Positions 26,678-35,492 of a stretch of 64,000 nt of DNA are shown one piece after another. The notes beneath the pieces were generated by a model. It had not been told where the DNA came from. It saw only the letters and a program-made list of their open reading frames with translations, and did not search any database. Made by a program: the position numbers and the translations under genes. This DNA is from Pseudomonas phage vB_PaePAO1-KEN19, in sequence record PP456878.1; one strand, 5' to 3'. Numbering within the stretch: position 1 is the first letter of the stretch; every line of letters starts with the position of its first letter.

Positions 26678-26917
26678 TTATTTCTTATAACTCTCAGGGC
26701 ATCCCATTTTGAGTTTGCCATCCTTTGGGTCTTCAGCGAATAATACTTCATCTGGACACTTCTTAACAGGAGTGTCCTTCGCCTTATCTTCCCATTCTAC
26801 AACAGGCATTTCTAATTTCTTACGAAATTGATACGTATCATAAAGAACATACGTAATCATTCCCATAAGAGAGATTACCCATACCCATGCAACAATTAGG
26901 ATGATTCTAGTTATCAT
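26678..26917 (-). CDS. small membrane protein (79 aa)
   Basis: N-terminal TM helix MITRIILIVAWVWVISLMGMITYVLY. Confidence 0.5.
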   Translation of the reverse strand: MITRIILIVAWVWVISLMGMITYVLYDTYQFRKKLEMPVVEWEDKAKDTPVKKCPDEVLFAEDPKDGKLKMGCPESYKK

Positions 26918-26961
26918 ACAACTCCTCGCCGACTATATTGAAACACCCATTACTGAGTTTT

Positions 26962-27285
26962 TCAGTCAGCATCATCACCAACATCACTTCCCTCGCTCTT
27001 TGCCAAAAGCTTAAGTGCGGGATCAGTGAGATTTTGGTATATTACATCGACATTATCCAATGCGATATTAATAGCGAGTGCCTTATCACTCTGGTTTTTA
27101 TCTATGGCAATGGATAGTTCATCTTGCAGTATTGCATACATCTCCAATGGCTCACCGCCATTAGTGTAGAATTGAACCATATTCTTTGCCAAGCTGTGCA
27201 GCACGTAGCAAGATGACACGGTTACGGGTTGTGCATTAACCGACATTGCTACCATAGTGATAATGAGCGAGAAGACGTATTTCAT
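26962..27285 (-). CDS. secreted/periplasmic small protein with signal peptide (107 aa)
   Basis: MKYVFSLIITMVAMSVNAQP looks like a signal peptide. Confidence 0.5.
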   Translation of the reverse strand: MKYVFSLIITMVAMSVNAQPVTVSSCYVLHSLAKNMVQFYTNGGEPLEMYAILQDELSIAIDKNQSDKALAINIALDNVDVIYQNLTDPALKLLAKSEGSDVGDDAD

Positions 27286-27317
27286 CCTATTTTCCTTTTG
27301 AAAGTATTCGATATGAA

Positions 27318-27773
27318 TTAAATGAGTTCAACAATTACCATGTGAGTGAATTTCTCACCAATATGCTTCATGCAGTAATTGCCATAATACCCGCTGATAA
27401 AAGCTGCCAGATTAGGAGTAGTCACATTGTAACCTTGACTACGGATATAATCATGGATCTCTTTACTGTTAAGGTCATTATTGATTTTATTAAGACTATT
27501 GAATACGAATGTTAACGCAATCCAATTATTGGTATCCAACTCATCTTTGAGTTTAGCAGAGTTGTTGAGCATAAGCACACCAACTTCATCTGCGCTATGA
27601 CCTTCACTCATTCGAAATACAGCTTGTTTAGTAATGGTTTCAACCATTGCACACGACTGCACAGTGAGTTGAGCATCTTTTTTACCAATCTTGATTTCAG
27701 CCATTGCGGTATTGAACATGATACCGGTAATGGCAATGAGACCAGCGAAAGCTGCTGCAATTACATTTTTCAT
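27318..27773 (-). CDS. secreted/periplasmic protein with signal peptide (151 aa)
   Basis: MKNVIAAAFAGLIAITGIMFNTAMAE looks like a signal peptide. Confidence 0.5.
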   Translation of the reverse strand: MKNVIAAAFAGLIAITGIMFNTAMAEIKIGKKDAQLTVQSCAMVETITKQAVFRMSEGHSADEVGVLMLNNSAKLKDELDTNNWIALTFVFNSLNKINNDLNSKEIHDYIRSQGYNVTTPNLAAFISGYYGNYCMKHIGEKFTHMVIVELI

Positions 27774-27790
27774 TTTAAATCCTTCTTCAT

Positions 27791-28174
27791 TTATTTAATG
27801 GTAAGAATAGTAATTTTTTCAGGATTTACTGGAACTTTAATTTTAGATTTATGTTGGAGAAACTCAACAACCACCATAGACTTATCCATTTTATACACTT
27901 CACATACTTTGACAAGCCTATCTACTACGCAACCAATTTTACCGGCATTTTGAGAAAAGAAAGATTTTGCTTTTCTAATAGCCTCGCGTTTCTCAAGCAT
28001 TTCCATACGCATATTTTCAATATGTTTATCGCGTTGAACACGATTAAACTTACGCATATGTCGTTCGATCTTACTAATTTCAGAAGAGTGTAATGAATAA
28101 GCAGCAGCTTCTTTCAGTTTCTCATATACTTCCACTGCCATTACCACGTGATCATCTTCAAAATTTCTTTTCAT
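27791..28174 (-). CDS. hypothetical basic protein (127 aa), paralogue of the N-terminal half of 52537..53139
   Basis: VVMAVEVYEKL...ISKIERHMRKFNRVQRDKHIENMRMEMLEKREAIRKAKSFF aligns with VIMSIEMYNSL...LIQRHVRKMNPF...IRSQRIREARAFF. Confidence 0.5.
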   Translation of the reverse strand: MKRNFEDDHVVMAVEVYEKLKEAAAYSLHSSEISKIERHMRKFNRVQRDKHIENMRMEMLEKREAIRKAKSFFSQNAGKIGCVVDRLVKVCEVYKMDKSMVVVEFLQHKSKIKVPVNPEKITILTIK

Positions 28175-28187
28175 ATCTATGCCTTTT

Positions 28188-28982
28188 TCACTGTTTGATT
28201 AAATTTGACACTGCTTCTTGTTTACATTGAGTATTCATCCATAATGCAATGTCTTTGGGTTCTTGTCCAGTTTCCACCATATCGATAATGATACGGGTAT
28301 TACGTTGTGCTTTCTCACGGGCATTTAACATATCAGGATCATTAATAATGAATTCCCTACCCATAACTGGATCTAATCCAATATAAGCTTTAGATGCAAT
28401 AGTTCTCACCATTGCTTCATATTGGTCACATCCACGTTCAGTTAATACAAGGTTATCTGCATTGGCACTACCGCCAAATAGCAAACCTAGGAATCCATAG
28501 AAAAAAGTGTGACGTATTGTCTTCCAACAAATACGCATCTCTTCATTTTTTGTATAAAGCTTTTCCCAATCAAACATTAAATAGAAACTTTCTTTTTGGA
28601 TAGAAGGGTGTAACCAAATAGGTTTAATACTTACTTCAAGAAGTTTACTATTTGGATTTTTACCAATAAAGATAACTTCAACAATGGCTCGTGCTAAAGC
28701 ATCTTTTTCTTTACCATTCCATCCAAATTTTATTTCATCAGCCGTGATATAAAGACGTATTCCGTCACCCACGTATTTGGGTAACCAAACAGCTTTACCT
28801 AGTTGCATTGGAACACTATTAGGGATCCCCCCAACCATCCAGGTAGCATTGGTGAAATGAATAGCGACATCATCATTTAACCACTTTAGAATAGCTGGCC
28901 TTACCCAGCTATCTACCAAATTACCACATGTCAATGCAGCTAGCATAGCCATGAGTATAATGACAATATAAATACTAACCAT
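28188..28982 (-). CDS. membrane-anchored protein (264 aa)
   Basis: N-terminal TM helix VSIYIVIILMAMLAALTCG and a long extracytoplasmic domain. Confidence 0.5.
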   Translation of the reverse strand: MVSIYIVIILMAMLAALTCGNLVDSWVRPAILKWLNDDVAIHFTNATWMVGGIPNSVPMQLGKAVWLPKYVGDGIRLYITADEIKFGWNGKEKDALARAIVEVIFIGKNPNSKLLEVSIKPIWLHPSIQKESFYLMFDWEKLYTKNEEMRICWKTIRHTFFYGFLGLLFGGSANADNLVLTERGCDQYEAMVRTIASKAYIGLDPVMGREFIINDPDMLNAREKAQRNTRIIIDMVETGQEPKDIALWMNTQCKQEAVSNLIKQ

Positions 28983-28985
28983 ATT

Positions 28986-29345
28986 CTACTCCAAGTTAAA
29001 TTTAGTACCAATTGCTTCAACACAGTTTTCAGCTAGCCTATCTAGAATAGCTCCATTGGTAAATCCTTTTCGTTTATTTACGCGAATATCAACTAAGTTT
29101 AATTTAGCATATACGGTACCTGCATAGAACTCTAAGTCATCCATATCCTTACGAGAGATCATATCTAACTGCATCATTATCTCAAATTGGGATAGGTTCT
29201 TATCATAAAGCTCAGTTGCTTTTTGTGAAAGATTTACTGCCACATTACATGATTTCTTAGTAATACCCACTTCTACAGCGTGGGCAGGCTGACATGCAAT
29301 GGACAGGATTGGCAGGAAAAGGAATAATAGCCAATTCTTAAGCAT
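28986..29345 (-). CDS. secreted small protein with signal peptide (119 aa)
   Basis: MLKNWLLFLFLPILSIACQPAHA. Confidence 0.5.
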   Translation of the reverse strand: MLKNWLLFLFLPILSIACQPAHAVEVGITKKSCNVAVNLSQKATELYDKNLSQFEIMMQLDMISRKDMDDLEFYAGTVYAKLNLVDIRVNKRKGFTNGAILDRLAENCVEAIGTKFNLE

Positions 29346-29357
29346 GTTGTACCTCCA

Positions 29358-29765
29358 TTATTTTAGAGTAAGTGGTTTTGCTTCAAACGCACCTGCCGCT
29401 ACACAACGCTGGAAATAACCATCAATGATGAATTTCTCAGGAGTGGTCTTATAGACTTTAGCAGCATTTGTTGCACGTGGCAAACTTGCCTCAATTGCCA
29501 TTTTATCTACCTTAGACCATAGGTAAAATAGACCAGTGAGTTCTTCAACTTTAGACTGGTTGGTCTTTAGATCTTTAGTGTTATTAAGGATATAATGAAT
29601 CCTTTCATAAGTCTTCATTTGCACTTCAGTTACAGATGCACCTTTTACAAACAATTCATCTGCCTGTTTTACAAACTCGATGCATGAATCACGATTAGTG
29701 TACATGACAGCCGAGTTAGCAGTGATAGTTACAATAGACAACATAAATACAATTACATATTTCAT
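29358..29765 (-). CDS. secreted small protein with signal peptide (135 aa)
   Basis: MKYVIVFMLSIVTITANSAV. Confidence 0.5.
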   Translation of the reverse strand: MKYVIVFMLSIVTITANSAVMYTNRDSCIEFVKQADELFVKGASVTEVQMKTYERIHYILNNTKDLKTNQSKVEELTGLFYLWSKVDKMAIEASLPRATNAAKVYKTTPEKFIIDGYFQRCVAAGAFEAKPLTLK

Positions 29766-29791
29766 AATGAATTACCTCAAAATTAATTTTA

Positions 29792-30055
29792 TTAACTATT
29801 GGTTTCACCACGAGTATTGAATTCTAAATCCAATACAACTTTAGTAAATTCTTCCAGTGCACCACCCTCGTAGATGAGTGGGTCACTGTCACCCCGGTAC
29901 ATGCTACCTACCGGTACTTGACCACGAAACACCATCAGCATATCGTTTTTTACTATGACATGATGTTCATCCCCGACAGCAATGTCTTGGATGTGTCTCC
30001 AGCGTTCACGCAGTAAGCTGCAAGCGCACCATACGGATTTCAAACGTTCAGTCAT
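29792..30055 (-). CDS. hypothetical protein (87 aa)
   Basis: Same-strand ORF downstream of the promoter at 30079. Confidence 0.45.
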   Translation of the reverse strand: MTERLKSVWCACSLLRERWRHIQDIAVGDEHHVIVKNDMLMVFRGQVPVGSMYRGDSDPLIYEGGALEEFTKVVLDLEFNTRGETNS

Positions 30056-30078
30056 TGTATTGCCCTCTTGGTTATTAA

Positions 30079-30110
30079 ATTCATATTTGTAATATAGCTT
30101 TTTAAATAGT
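30079..30110 (-). promoter_or_regulatory. conserved early promoter (family 1)
   Basis: The + strand reads ttgtaatatagctttttaaatagtttaaatacaa, giving TTGTAT-N18-TATATT on the minus strand. Confidence 0.45.
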
Positions 30111-30135
30111 TTAAATACAAAAAAAGATAAATAAA

Positions 30136-30153
30136 ACCCTCCCCGAAGGGAGG
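30136..30153 (-). terminator. hairpin ccctccc-cgaa-gggaggg
   Basis: GC hairpin family. Confidence 0.6.
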
Positions 30154-30173
30154 GTGTATATTAAGTAATTATT

Positions 30174-30830
30174 TTAACATACAATTTCATTATCAGAAAA
30201 TAGTTTATTATATTCTTTTAGTGCATCCCCACCAACCATAGTACACCTGCCATAGAGAACAGATATAGCCAGATCTTTAATAGCGGGGTGACAATTATTT
30301 AACTTACTGATTAGTTGAGCTTTCTCAGTCAGATACAGTTCAGCAAAATCAGGCTTATCATTAACAATCGACCACATGTTTGAAATGGAATCTAGTAACT
30401 TAAGAGATTGACCACTCCATGAAATGCGAGAAAGTCTTTCATGTTGTAAACTAATCCTAGTTTTACGATTACCTTCGTAAGTTACATTTGTTAGTTCAGT
30501 TACTAAATTAACAACAGGGATTGAGAATAGTTTAGTTAGATCAGAAGCAGTTACAGCAGTATCCTCAATTACATCATGTAACCATGCTGCTTTATAAGCA
30601 GCGTGAGATAGGTCGAATAATTGCGCCATCTCAGCTACTTGTAATAAATGATGCCAGTAAGGTTTTCCTGAACCATCTCGCAATTGACCAACAGCAGTAT
30701 GTGCCGCAATGGCATATGATGCAGCCATTGCATTACCCGCATTGGAATATTTGCCATTACCTAGATGGTTAGTTAAGAGAATATTCTCTTTCCCTCCTTC
30801 TAGAATATCGATAATTTCATTCATTAGCAT
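30174..30830 (-). CDS. HD-domain phosphohydrolase of RelA/SpoT type (218 aa), a candidate (p)ppGpp or signalling-nucleotide hydrolase
   Basis: HHLLQVAEMA...AAWLHDVIEDTAVTASDLTKLF matches the H...HDxxED signature of SpoT/Mesh1-type hydrolases. Confidence 0.7.
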   Translation of the reverse strand: MLMNEIIDILEGGKENILLTNHLGNGKYSNAGNAMAASYAIAAHTAVGQLRDGSGKPYWHHLLQVAEMAQLFDLSHAAYKAAWLHDVIEDTAVTASDLTKLFSIPVVNLVTELTNVTYEGNRKTRISLQHERLSRISWSGQSLKLLDSISNMWSIVNDKPDFAELYLTEKAQLISKLNNCHPAIKDLAISVLYGRCTMVGGDALKEYNKLFSDNEIVC

Positions 30831-30860
30831 AGCTATATTCCTATTTAAATTATTGGAAAC

Positions 30861-31295
30861 CTAATATAGGTCTTCACTAAATAAATATTTAGTTACTAAT
30901 CTATTTTCTAATTCAGCTCGATATAACTGATTATTATTCTTAGCGATAATTACTGCTTCTTCCCTAGAGTGGAAGTTTTCATACTGATCAATAAAACCTT
31001 GTTCATGATCATCTCCTGCATATTCATGCAATACCTTAAGACCACCATACATTAGCTGTTGTTGAGTCATTATGATTGATGAATGCCTCGCTGCAATGAA
31101 ATAAACATCCTTCCATCTATTGCAGGCGGCAACTATCCTTAATTTCACATCGGGATGTTGTTCCCACCACCATAGACCAGTTTCCTCATTCCAATACCTT
31201 TCTTTCATTTGAGTTTTTCTAAACTCACCTTGTATGTCTAAAAGTCTAAATGCCTCTTCTTTAGACATAGCTTGTAGAATAGGATACTTATCCAT
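30861..31295 (-). CDS. hypothetical protein (144 aa)
   Basis: Same-strand ORF directly upstream of the HD hydrolase. Confidence 0.5.
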   Translation of the reverse strand: MDKYPILQAMSKEEAFRLLDIQGEFRKTQMKERYWNEETGLWWWEQHPDVKLRIVAACNRWKDVYFIAARHSSIIMTQQQLMYGGLKVLHEYAGDDHEQGFIDQYENFHSREEAVIIAKNNNQLYRAELENRLVTKYLFSEDLY

Positions 31296-31325
31296 TTAAT
31301 ACAGATACCTAATTGCGAAATAGAA

Positions 31326-31343
31326 AGAGCCCCGAAGGGCTCT
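31326..31343 (-). terminator. hairpin agagccc-cgaa-gggctct
   Basis: GC hairpin. Confidence 0.55.
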
Positions 31344-31345
31344 TA

Positions 31346-31702
31346 TTATACAAGTAGCTTTTCAATAGTGAAGCTTGTCCAGACCATTGCCCTATAACCA
31401 ACACTCTCTTCAGTATAAGTGATATCATCAAACTTATTAGGTGGCATGAAACCACGTTGTGTACTAGCATCAGTCACAACAAGATTAGAATCTTTTAAAG
31501 TTTCATTTAGAGCCTTAAGTTTATCCTTACTAATTGATCCCTTAACATGGAACTTAAAATAAGCATAGCCTTTATGATTGATACGACAACTGTCAAGAAC
31601 AGTTTGTTTATCATTCATTTGACTCATCAGATCACTAATAACTGCATCATCTACAGGAGTATCATCATTGACAATATTGATTAATTCAATATAAGTTGGC
31701 AT
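31346..31702 (-). CDS. hypothetical protein (118 aa)
   Basis: Same-strand ORF. Confidence 0.5.
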   Translation of the reverse strand: MPTYIELINIVNDDTPVDDAVISDLMSQMNDKQTVLDSCRINHKGYAYFKFHVKGSISKDKLKALNETLKDSNLVVTDASTQRGFMPPNKFDDITYTEESVGYRAMVWTSFTIEKLLV

Positions 31703-31759
31703 TCTTTTTGTTTCCTTAATTAGATAAACTACATAAGATAATTTTTAATTGATATTCTA

Positions 31760-32659
31760 TTAAATTTTTAATAGGAGCCCACTGTGATTAAATGAGATAA
31801 TACAGTTATGTCCCATCATGGCAATATGATAAGATATTATATTATCACGTGTATCATTTGAAATCTTGTTCACCTTAAATTCATTCATGATCGCATTATG
31901 AATGGCTAAGTCTTTTTCTCGATACTGCTTTGAGAAAAACATAATATCATTATGATTAATATTGATAGTATCCATTGTATTAAGAAAATCTTCAACATCA
32001 AACTTTTTAATAGTTTCAGATTTTCCAACACAACGCTCGGTTTTATCAATTAATGAAAAACCAATAGTCCTAATTGGTTCATCCTTATTATGGAAGCTAT
32101 AATTGGTAATACTCATACCTACCAATAGTCCATTTTTATCTACATTAACTACTTTAGAATCAGTGTACTTATAAATATCATTGATTGCATAACCAGCTGA
32201 ATATAATACATCTTTAAAATGACTAGTTACTTTATCAATAATAAAGTTTTGATAATCTGATTGATATAGTTTATCACTATATTCAAGCTTTTTGATAATA
32301 TCACTTAGTTCATGATACACATTAGTAAAACTATTCGAAAAATAATTATCTTTTATTCCTAACCTAGTTAACAGATCTAGCTGGATTTCTTTTTTAGATA
32401 GTTTCGTAGAATTACTAAGTTTTTCAATGACGGATGTAATTGTACGTAGATCAATTGCTAGTGAAAGTGATTTAAAGATATTATTAATTGGTGTATCAGA
32501 TAGCTTTGAAATAGCTATTAGTAGATTATCTAATTCATCATTAGTAATTTTCAGTTCTTTCACAATGTCATTATATTCAATTAGTTTACCATCAATAATA
32601 TTACAGATTAGAAGTTTATGTAATTCTTTAATAGTGGTATTAACTTGTAGATTATTCAT
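31760..32659 (-). CDS. hypothetical protein (299 aa), very AT-rich gene
   Basis: Long ORF with Asn/Ile/Lys-rich composition. Confidence 0.5.
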
Positions 32660-32679
32660 TTTTTTACCTTTTAGTTAAT

Positions 32680-33117
32680 TTAAAATTTATTTACAGTTCT
32701 AAGAAAATATTCAGATGGATCGTCGAAGAAGACAATACTATCAACAACACTATTTTGTCGAGTACACCTTACTTTGATAAGATTATATTCTCTGAATTTA
32801 TTAAGACCCCAAGCTTCTTTAGCACGATGGCGTAATCCACTACCAACAATAGCCCCATACCTAGTTTGTTCAACAAATAAATAAACATCCCAGCCATGAT
32901 GATTATCATGGTATTTTGCGTAGTATTTATTGTCTTTAGTTTTGTTTAAACTAAGACTATACCTTTCTGTCTGTAGTTGATTAATATTCGATTTAATCAT
33001 TTCATTTAATTTGGGTTCCACTATATGAATGACATCGCCAGCAGTAGTGGCCATTACCTTTAGTTTGTGATGCACGTTCGTAAGAACGTCCTCCCAAATG
33101 TTAGTAACTACGTCCAT
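32680..33117 (-). CDS. hypothetical protein (145 aa)
   Basis: Same-strand ORF. Confidence 0.5.
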   Translation of the reverse strand: MDVVTNIWEDVLTNVHHKLKVMATTAGDVIHIVEPKLNEMIKSNINQLQTERYSLSLNKTKDNKYYAKYHDNHHGWDVYLFVEQTRYGAIVGSGLRHRAKEAWGLNKFREYNLIKVRCTRQNSVVDSIVFFDDPSEYFLRTVNKF

Positions 33118-33162
33118 CTATTAAAACCTCGACACATTAATTTGATTTTGTAATACACACAT

Positions 33163-33196
33163 GTAATATATATCTCAAATAAAATTTAGTGCAATA
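33163..33196 (-). promoter_or_regulatory. conserved early promoter (family 2), TTGCAC-N18-TATATTAC
   Basis: The + strand reads gtaatatatatctcaaataaaatttagtgcaatag. The 45-bp block including the hairpin is duplicated at 48284-48336. Confidence 0.45.
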
Positions 33197-33216
33197 GCCC
33201 TCCCCGAAGGGAGGGC
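33197..33216 (-). terminator. hairpin gccctcccc-ga-agggagggc
   Basis: Identical 20-mer to those at 6430 and 48317. Confidence 0.6.
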
Positions 33217-33228
33217 CATATGCTCTTA

Positions 33229-33558
33229 TTATCGATTAACTACACGATAATTATCAATAATAAACTCGATGTACTGTTCGACATCATGTAAGAAGCAGTT
33301 GTAACTATACCGATCAAGTTTATTTAAAGCTTCAGTTAGAACTGGTTCGATATAGATATTTATTTCAGCTATTGATGGAATCTCAACATACTTGTTTTCA
33401 TATTCGGTAAGCTGCTCCTTTACCTTAGCCATTTGCTTTTTGTAAATGTATTCCATCGACCATTCTTTATAAATGGAACGTGCCCCATCAAAGAGATGGT
33501 AACCAAATGCAATACCACCAAGCACCAGAACACCAGTGGAAATAGTTGACATATTCAT
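33229..33558 (-). CDS. membrane-anchored small protein (109 aa)
   Basis: N-terminal TM helix MNMSTISTGVLVLGGIAFGYHLF. Confidence 0.5.
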   Translation of the reverse strand: MNMSTISTGVLVLGGIAFGYHLFDGARSIYKEWSMEYIYKKQMAKVKEQLTEYENKYVEIPSIAEINIYIEPVLTEALNKLDRYSYNCFLHDVEQYIEFIIDNYRVVNR

Positions 33559-33594
33559 GACATATCTCCTTTTTTCAAGATTGAATTCACATTA

Positions 33595-33626
33595 GTAATA
33601 TACTGTTAAAATATGTTTGAATACAA
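33595..33626 (-). promoter_or_regulatory. conserved early promoter (family 1)
   Basis: The + strand reads agtaatatactgttaaaatatgtttgaatacaa. Confidence 0.45.
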
Positions 33627-33642
33627 AAAATAAAATATAAAG

Positions 33643-33658
33643 CCTCCCCGAAGGGAGG
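33643..33658 (-). terminator. hairpin cctccc-cgaa-gggagg
   Basis: GC hairpin. Confidence 0.55.
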
Positions 33659-33686
33659 ACTTTATGGTGACTTTGTAAAAGACTTA

Positions 33687-34214
33687 TTATAGTTGAAAGT
33701 CTTTATCTTCTTCAATGATTTCATAACCTGGTAAATTAACTATATTTTTATTTAAACGAACTCGTTCATCTACTAGGTATTTAACTACTTTAAGTAATTG
33801 ACTTATCGACAGGTCATTATTTTCATCAGTATCTGATTTAAAAATACGACCACTGGTAGGTGAAGCATTCGTAAAACAAATACCTTCATTATCTTTATAA
33901 ATATCATAATACCATACGACATATGGATTATTGGTATTACTTATGACAAATACTAAAAACAGATCTTCATCATCACCTTGACCATTCAGGATCCCGATAT
34001 TTTTTCGATGCGTTATACCACCTGTAATAACTAGGCCGTTGACATCATCACTGAATTTAAATATATCATACCCACCTTCAAGTTTACCATTTTCAAAATA
34101 CTGTAATAGCGCACCACCTACTACAGCACCCCATGAAAAGAAGTTATCTTTATTTAAATGCTCAACCATCTTAAAAATCCTCTTTAGGTTCAGTGATCCG
34201 AGAATAAAGAACAA
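33687..34214 (-). CDS. hypothetical protein (175 aa)
   Basis: Same-strand ORF. Confidence 0.5.
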   Translation of the reverse strand: MFFILGSLNLKRIFKMVEHLNKDNFFSWGAVVGGALLQYFENGKLEGGYDIFKFSDDVNGLVITGGITHRKNIGILNGQGDDEDLFLVFVISNTNNPYVVWYYDIYKDNEGICFTNASPTSGRIFKSDTDENNDLSISQLLKVVKYLVDERVRLNKNIVNLPGYEIIEEDKDFQL

Positions 34215-34312
34215 ACATATCAGTTAGGATATTTCTATCTAGAATGGTACGTGTAAGTAAGATTCCATATTGAAATATACCTGTAGTATACAAATTATAA
34301 AACAACATAAAA

Positions 34313-34337
34313 AGAGAGAGGATAAATTCCTCTCTCT
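34313..34337 (-). terminator. hairpin agagagagg-ataaatt-cctctctct
   Basis: 9-bp stem followed by ttatg. Confidence 0.5.
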
Positions 34338-34355
34338 TTATGCAACTAAATAGTT

Positions 34356-34478
34356 TTATTCTTTTTGCTTTTCTTTAGCTTCACGTTTAGCTTTGAGTTC
34401 TGCATTATTAAGCCGCCAAGCAGCTTGCATAGTAGCTAGATTGACAAACTTAGGCTGTTGCTTATTTTTAACTTTCAT
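34356..34478 (-). CDS. small Lys-rich protein (40 aa, MKVKNKQQPKFVNLATMQAAWRLNNAELKAKREAKEKQKE)
   Basis: Hand-translated, followed by a terminator hairpin. Weak RBS. Confidence 0.3.
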   Translation of the reverse strand: MKVKNKQQPKFVNLATMQAAWRLNNAELKAKREAKEKQKE

Positions 34479-34549
34479 TTGCTAATTCCAAATTTATTTC
34501 AAATGGTTAATCTAAACTATTAAATTGCTTCATATTCTTCATGCATAAT

Positions 34550-34843
34550 TTAATCCTCAGTCAGCGTAGTATAATCTACATAAAGATCATTGAGTTGCTC
34601 TTTTAATGAAATATTTATTTTTAATTCATTAAGAGTAATCCTATTCCAATGTTTACGCGGATTACCACATAGCATACAACGAGACCTACCGCAGTTAAAC
34701 GGATTATGTTTACGCCATTTACCTTTAGCCTTTGCTGAAGGATTAGTGTCATTATAACGACTCTCGGCTAGTGAAACATAATAATTAACTATACGAGTAT
34801 TGTGATGACGATTAAGTTGTGCAGATAGTTTGTTGCTTGACAT
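34550..34843 (-). CDS. hypothetical basic protein with a Cys cluster, possibly a zinc ribbon (97 aa)
   Basis: KHNPFNCGRSRCMLCGNPRKHW. Confidence 0.5.
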   Translation of the reverse strand: MSSNKLSAQLNRHHNTRIVNYYVSLAESRYNDTNPSAKAKGKWRKHNPFNCGRSRCMLCGNPRKHWNRITLNELKINISLKEQLNDLYVDYTTLTED

Positions 34844-34864
34844 ATTTATACTCCACCTTAATAC

Positions 34865-34887
34865 CCCTACCCCAATATGGAGTAGGG
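34865..34887 (-). terminator. imperfect hairpin cccctac-N11-gtaggg
   Basis: Weaker stem-loop downstream of gene 34943..35443. Confidence 0.35.
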
Positions 34888-34942
34888 TAAAGTATGTAGT
34901 AGAGTAAATTTAATACATTAACTTTTAACATTCTAAACTTCA

Positions 34943-35443
34943 TTAATTTTCCACAATATCCTGGATGGTACGTAGACTTTCTTGCATTGTCAGTAAGAAA
35001 TTACGATAAGGTTCACTGGTGTCCAAAAAAGGTGGCATGTTTAACCTATTAGTAACCTCTTCTAGAAATTCTTTATACTTATAAAGATTAATAGTGAATT
35101 TATTACAATCTGGATCAGTAGTAGTTGGGATAATATAATTACGAATAATGTAGTAAATATGAAAACTGCTACCATATTCAATTAAAGTATAAGGATTATC
35201 ATCAATGAATTTCTGTGCTTCTTTTCCTTTTAAGGCGAAATCTTCTCGTTCAACGATTTCATGAAGTAGCGGCCCTAAGAATTGCATTGGAATCACACCA
35301 TACATTTTAGTGAATTCCTTAATATATTTATATGTTACTTTTGGATTAGGATATACCTCACGATTCCTACCAATATTTCTAACTAGATATAGTTTTTCTT
35401 TTACTAAGATATTTTCGATGCATAGTTCATCTTTAAATAGCAT
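34943..35443 (-). CDS. hypothetical protein (166 aa)
   Basis: Same-strand ORF. Confidence 0.5.
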   Translation of the reverse strand: MLFKDELCIENILVKEKLYLVRNIGRNREVYPNPKVTYKYIKEFTKMYGVIPMQFLGPLLHEIVEREDFALKGKEAQKFIDDNPYTLIEYGSSFHIYYIIRNYIIPTTTDPDCNKFTINLYKYKEFLEEVTNRLNMPPFLDTSEPYRNFLLTMQESLRTIQDIVEN

Positions 35444-35492
35444 AAAATATTTTCCTTTTAATAAGATGGTATTAAACTTTTTTCTTTATTGA

